32,000 nt of DNA from an unicellular cyanobacterium SU2. Lineage in GTDB: Bacteria; Cyanobacteriota; Cyanobacteriia; Cyanobacteriales; Microcystaceae. The notes beneath the pieces were generated by a model. It did no database searches. It was not told the origin of the DNA and worked only from the letters and a program-made list of their open reading frames with translations. Positions 29,108-32,000 of the stretch are shown in pieces. The position numbers were made by a program, and so were the translations under genes. Every line of letters starts with the position of its first letter. Position 1 is the first letter of the stretch. The stretch spans positions 621,287 to 653,286 of the forward strand of contig NEED01000023.1 of the NCBI GenBank assembly GCA_002110465.1, read 5' to 3'.

Positions 29108-29890
29108 ATGAAAACCTATCTACAAGTCTTACGGTTATTTTGGACGACAGCGATCGCGTCAGAATTAGAATATCGATTAAATTTTGTTATTGCTATGATT
29201 AGCAGCTTAGCTAATTTAATTGGAAGTTTATTTAGTTTATTTTTATTTTATAGAAACGGCTACACTTTTCAAGGATGGACTTGGGAGGAAGCCCTAATAG
29301 TGGTAGGAATATTTACTTTATTGCAAGGAGTTTCTGCCACGTTTCTAGTCCCTAATCTTAATCGAATTGTCGAGCAAGTGGAAAAGGGAACCCTCGATTT
29401 TGTTTTATTGAAACCGATTAGTAGTCAGTTTTGGTTATCCTGTCGAATTTTATCTCCTTGGGGATTTTCTGATTTAATTTTTGGTATGGTCATTATTTTT
29501 TATGGGGGGTCTAAATTAGGGTTAACTCTAGAAGACTATTTACTCGGTAGTCTTACGATGATTTTTGGTGTTTTTATTTTGTATAGTATTTGGTTTATCT
29601 TAGGAGCAACCAGTGTTTGGTTTGTCAAAATTTATAATGTTACTGAAGTTCTTAGGGGATTATTAGAAGCGGGAAGATATCCGATGGTTGCCTATCCAGT
29701 AGCTTATCGTATTTTCTTTACTTTTATAATTCCTGTTGCTTTTTTAACAACTGTTCCCGCAGAAGCCATGTTAGGAAGAAGTCAGGGACTATGGATTTTA
29801 GCAGCCATGATCATAGGAATTGTTCTATTGATAGTATCTCATTATTTTTGGCAGTTTGCCCTTCGTTTTTATACCAGTGCCTCAAGTTAA
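29108..29890 (+). CDS. ABC-2 type transporter permease (DUF990-like)
   Basis: Six hydrophobic segments; VEKGTLDFVLLKPISSQFWLSCR and PVAFLTTVPAEAMLG motifs typical of ABC-2 family permeases. Confidence 0.82.
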   Translation: MKTYLQVLRLFWTTAIASELEYRLNFVIAMISSLANLIGSLFSLFLFYRNGYTFQGWTWEEALIVVGIFTLLQGVSATFLVPNLNRIVEQVEKGTLDFVLLKPISSQFWLSCRILSPWGFSDLIFGMVIIFYGGSKLGLTLEDYLLGSLTMIFGVFILYSIWFILGATSVWFVKIYNVTEVLRGLLEAGRYPMVAYPVAYRIFFTFIIPVAFLTTVPAEAMLGRSQGLWILAAMIIGIVLLIVSHYFWQFALRFYTSASS

Positions 29891-29921
29891 TTTGTATTAT
29901 GATAGATAGAGATTTTTCCTG

Positions 29922-30713
29922 TTGTCAAAAATGCACCATAACCCAGTTTTAATTCAAAATCTAAGCCATAATTATCCCGACGGGACTTCTTCTCTAAATG
30001 GGATTAACTTATCAATTCAAGCCGGAGAGAGAGTGGCCTTAATTGGGGCTAATGGCTCAGGAAAATCTACCTTGCAACTCCATCTTAACGGAATTTTTTT
30101 GCCCCAGTCTGGAAAAATTAAAATAGGTCAATGGGAAGTAAATAGTCAAAATCTCACGCAAATTCGTAATTTTGTCGGTTTAGTCTTTCAAAATCCTGAT
30201 AATCAGCTATTTATGCCTACCGTATGGGATGACATTGCTTTTGGTCCAAAAAATGGTGGGATTAAGGGAAAAGAACTACAATTGCGCGTTTTAGAGGCCA
30301 TGGAAGCGGTAAACATTGATCCTCATACTTATGGATCAAAGAACCCTGACAATTTATCAGGGGGGGAAAAAAAGCGAGTGGCGATCGCTGGAGTTTTAGC
30401 CATGCAACCTCAAGTATTGGTGTTAGATGAACCTTCAGCCCAACTTGATCCCAGTTCCCGTCGTTATTTAATCAATTTATTACAGACCCTTTCTTTGACG
30501 CAATTAATTGCCACCCATGATCTCGACTTAGCTTGGGAATTGTGCGATCGCACCGTTATTCTTAGCCAAGGTGAGATTGTCTATGATGGCTATACGGATC
30601 AGGTAATGAGCGATCGAGATTTTTTGGAAAAACACGCTTTAGAACCCCCCCTAAGCTATAGTCGTCCTTACTGTAACTTGGAAGATGCACCTAAACTGAA
30701 CAAACAAGATTAA
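29922..30713 (+). CDS. energy-coupling factor (CbiO/EcfA-type) ABC transporter ATP-binding protein
   Basis: IGANGSGKSTLQLHLNGI, VGLVFQNPDNQLFMPTVWDDIAFGPKN, LSGGEKKRVAIAGVLAMQPQVLVLDEPSAQLDP. TTG start in the track; ATG at 29931 is an alternative. Confidence 0.9.
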   Translation: MSKMHHNPVLIQNLSHNYPDGTSSLNGINLSIQAGERVALIGANGSGKSTLQLHLNGIFLPQSGKIKIGQWEVNSQNLTQIRNFVGLVFQNPDNQLFMPTVWDDIAFGPKNGGIKGKELQLRVLEAMEAVNIDPHTYGSKNPDNLSGGEKKRVAIAGVLAMQPQVLVLDEPSAQLDPSSRRYLINLLQTLSLTQLIATHDLDLAWELCDRTVILSQGEIVYDGYTDQVMSDRDFLEKHALEPPLSYSRPYCNLEDAPKLNKQD

Positions 30714-31473
30714 CTCTTTTTAATTTGTTTACGCCACTGAGTAATTCAATTAAGGATGGTCTAATTAAACACCTAACAGTATCAGAAGTAGGTGTTTTAT
30801 CTACTTTTTCATCCAAAGGTTCACAACATTCTTCAATTTCTCTCGCTGCACAGTCTAAATAACCACCACATTTTTTATATAATGGCTTATCGTTAGACTG
30901 TGAAGGTGCTTCTTGATAAGCTTCTTCTAATAAGTCTTTAACCCTTTCAATTTCAGGATATTTATCTATTAATGATGCTTTATCAAATTCAGAAGAAAAA
31001 GGATTTTCTGCTATAAAACGACGAAATATACTATAAGTTTGATAGGGTAAATCATATTTTTTAATTTCTTCCATCAACCGAGGAAGATAACTTTGATTAT
31101 TATCAATTTCTAAACTTAAACTATACTCAATTGCATAATCTTCACATTCCTCCGATGGTTTTGTCATATCCTCAATTAAAGGTTCATCAGGAAAATCAAC
31201 CCATTAACAAAAATCGGGTTCTACTGTTTCTACTGAATGTCTCGCTTTTTCAACTAAATTGAGAATAGAAGCATGACGCATTTTTCCATTCCTCAAGATC
31301 CATTTAATGCTTAATTGTTCAAACGCTTCGTGTAAAGGTTGAGGAAAGGGTTGAGAATCATTAACGAGATAAGCCGGTTCTCCTCTGTTAATGCGATCGC
31401 AGATTTCTACTAATCCTTTACACAATTTAATCGGTAAAATCTCTTTTTCTGTTTTATATTTTGCCATATTCAC
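30691..31473 (-). pseudogene. hypothetical protein gene split by a single in-frame TAA (track ORFs 31204..31473 and 30691..31167)
   Basis: Minus strand reads ...ARHSVETVEPDFC*WVDFPDEPLIEDMTKPSEECEDYAIEYSLSLEIDNN... in one continuous frame; the only break is TAA at 31204-31206. Confidence 0.6.
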
Positions 31474-31877
31474 TGAAATATCTGAATATAGTTAATTATA
31501 CTACTCTCACTTACTGATATCGCTACGCATTGACCAGTCGTTCAGGAAATTATGAGACGGGATATGTCAAATTGTAAATTTTTTGCTAATAATGTTTAGA
31601 GATGGCTGAAAACAAGCCTCACCTATAATTTCTCAGATTCAAAGAAGTTTAGGTTAAGCTTGTGCTACTTTAAGAAACGTTAATAATTCACCAATTAACT
31701 CTCTAGTTGGTGTACAGGTCTGAAACAAGCCCTCACGAAAAAGTCAAGTCAGTTAACCTGAAAGGCTTTTCTCTGGTCTCATCCTATAAGACAATGGGTT
31801 AAATGACCTAAACTAGAAAACACAAACGTTAAGAAATCTTGCCATCGATTTCAGTTTCAGCAAGAGGATTAAACTCT

Positions 31878-32000
31878 ATGACTATTGCAGTCGGACGCGC
31901 CCCCCAGAGAGGATGGTTTGATGTCCTCGATGACTGGCTCAAGCGCGATCGCTTTGTATTCGTTGGTTGGTCTGGTTTATTACTCTTCCCCTGTGCTTAC
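31878..32000 (+). CDS. psbD: photosystem II D2 protein PsbD (3' truncated by window edge)
   Basis: [41 protein letters not shown], the canonical D2 N-terminus; GAGG just upstream. Confidence 0.98.
   Translation, partial: MTIAVGRAPQRGWFDVLDDWLKRDRFVFVGWSGLLLFPCAY

Overview
This 32 kb window is ordinary-looking cyanobacterial chromosome. Evidence: HIP1-type GCGATCGC octamers, an acsF/chlA cyclase, ferredoxin petF, biliverdin reductase and the start of psbD at the right edge. Most genes are recognisable housekeeping or photosynthesis-related functions: a methyltransferase fragment, a CSP41-like epimerase, queC, DUF2288, an alpha/beta hydrolase, a carotenoid oxygenase with DUF1400 protein, a cupin, an HpnJ-like B12/radical SAM enzyme, aldehyde-deformylating oxygenase, an MBL-fold hydrolase, AcsF, an ABC-F ATPase, NfeD with stomatin, an ABA4-like protein, folE with a COG0523 GTPase, two response regulators, bvdR, petF, a SLOG-like protein, thioredoxin, BolA with a CGFS glutaredoxin, a CrtD-like desaturase, an ABC-2 permease, an ECF-type ATPase and psbD. 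I found no convincing evidence of a novel multi-gene system, CRISPR array, tRNA or rRNA. The points most worth a second look are: (1) a genomic scar at about 11.95-13.02 kb, where an ISL3-type transposase remnant with an in-frame TAA is joined through a GATTGCA heptamer repeat to the 3' end of a cadherin/RTX-like secreted protein gene; (2) a 260-codon minus-strand reading frame (30691-31473) split by a single in-frame TAA; (3) ADO without an adjacent acyl-ACP reductase, in a neighbourhood with HpnJ and AcsF; (4) folE paired with a His-rich COG0523 GTPase; (5) two small ORFs missed by the supplied track, a 49-aa CxxC/CxxCxGxG protein and a 42-aa membrane protein; (6) an orphan ECF-type ATPase beside an ABC-2 permease.
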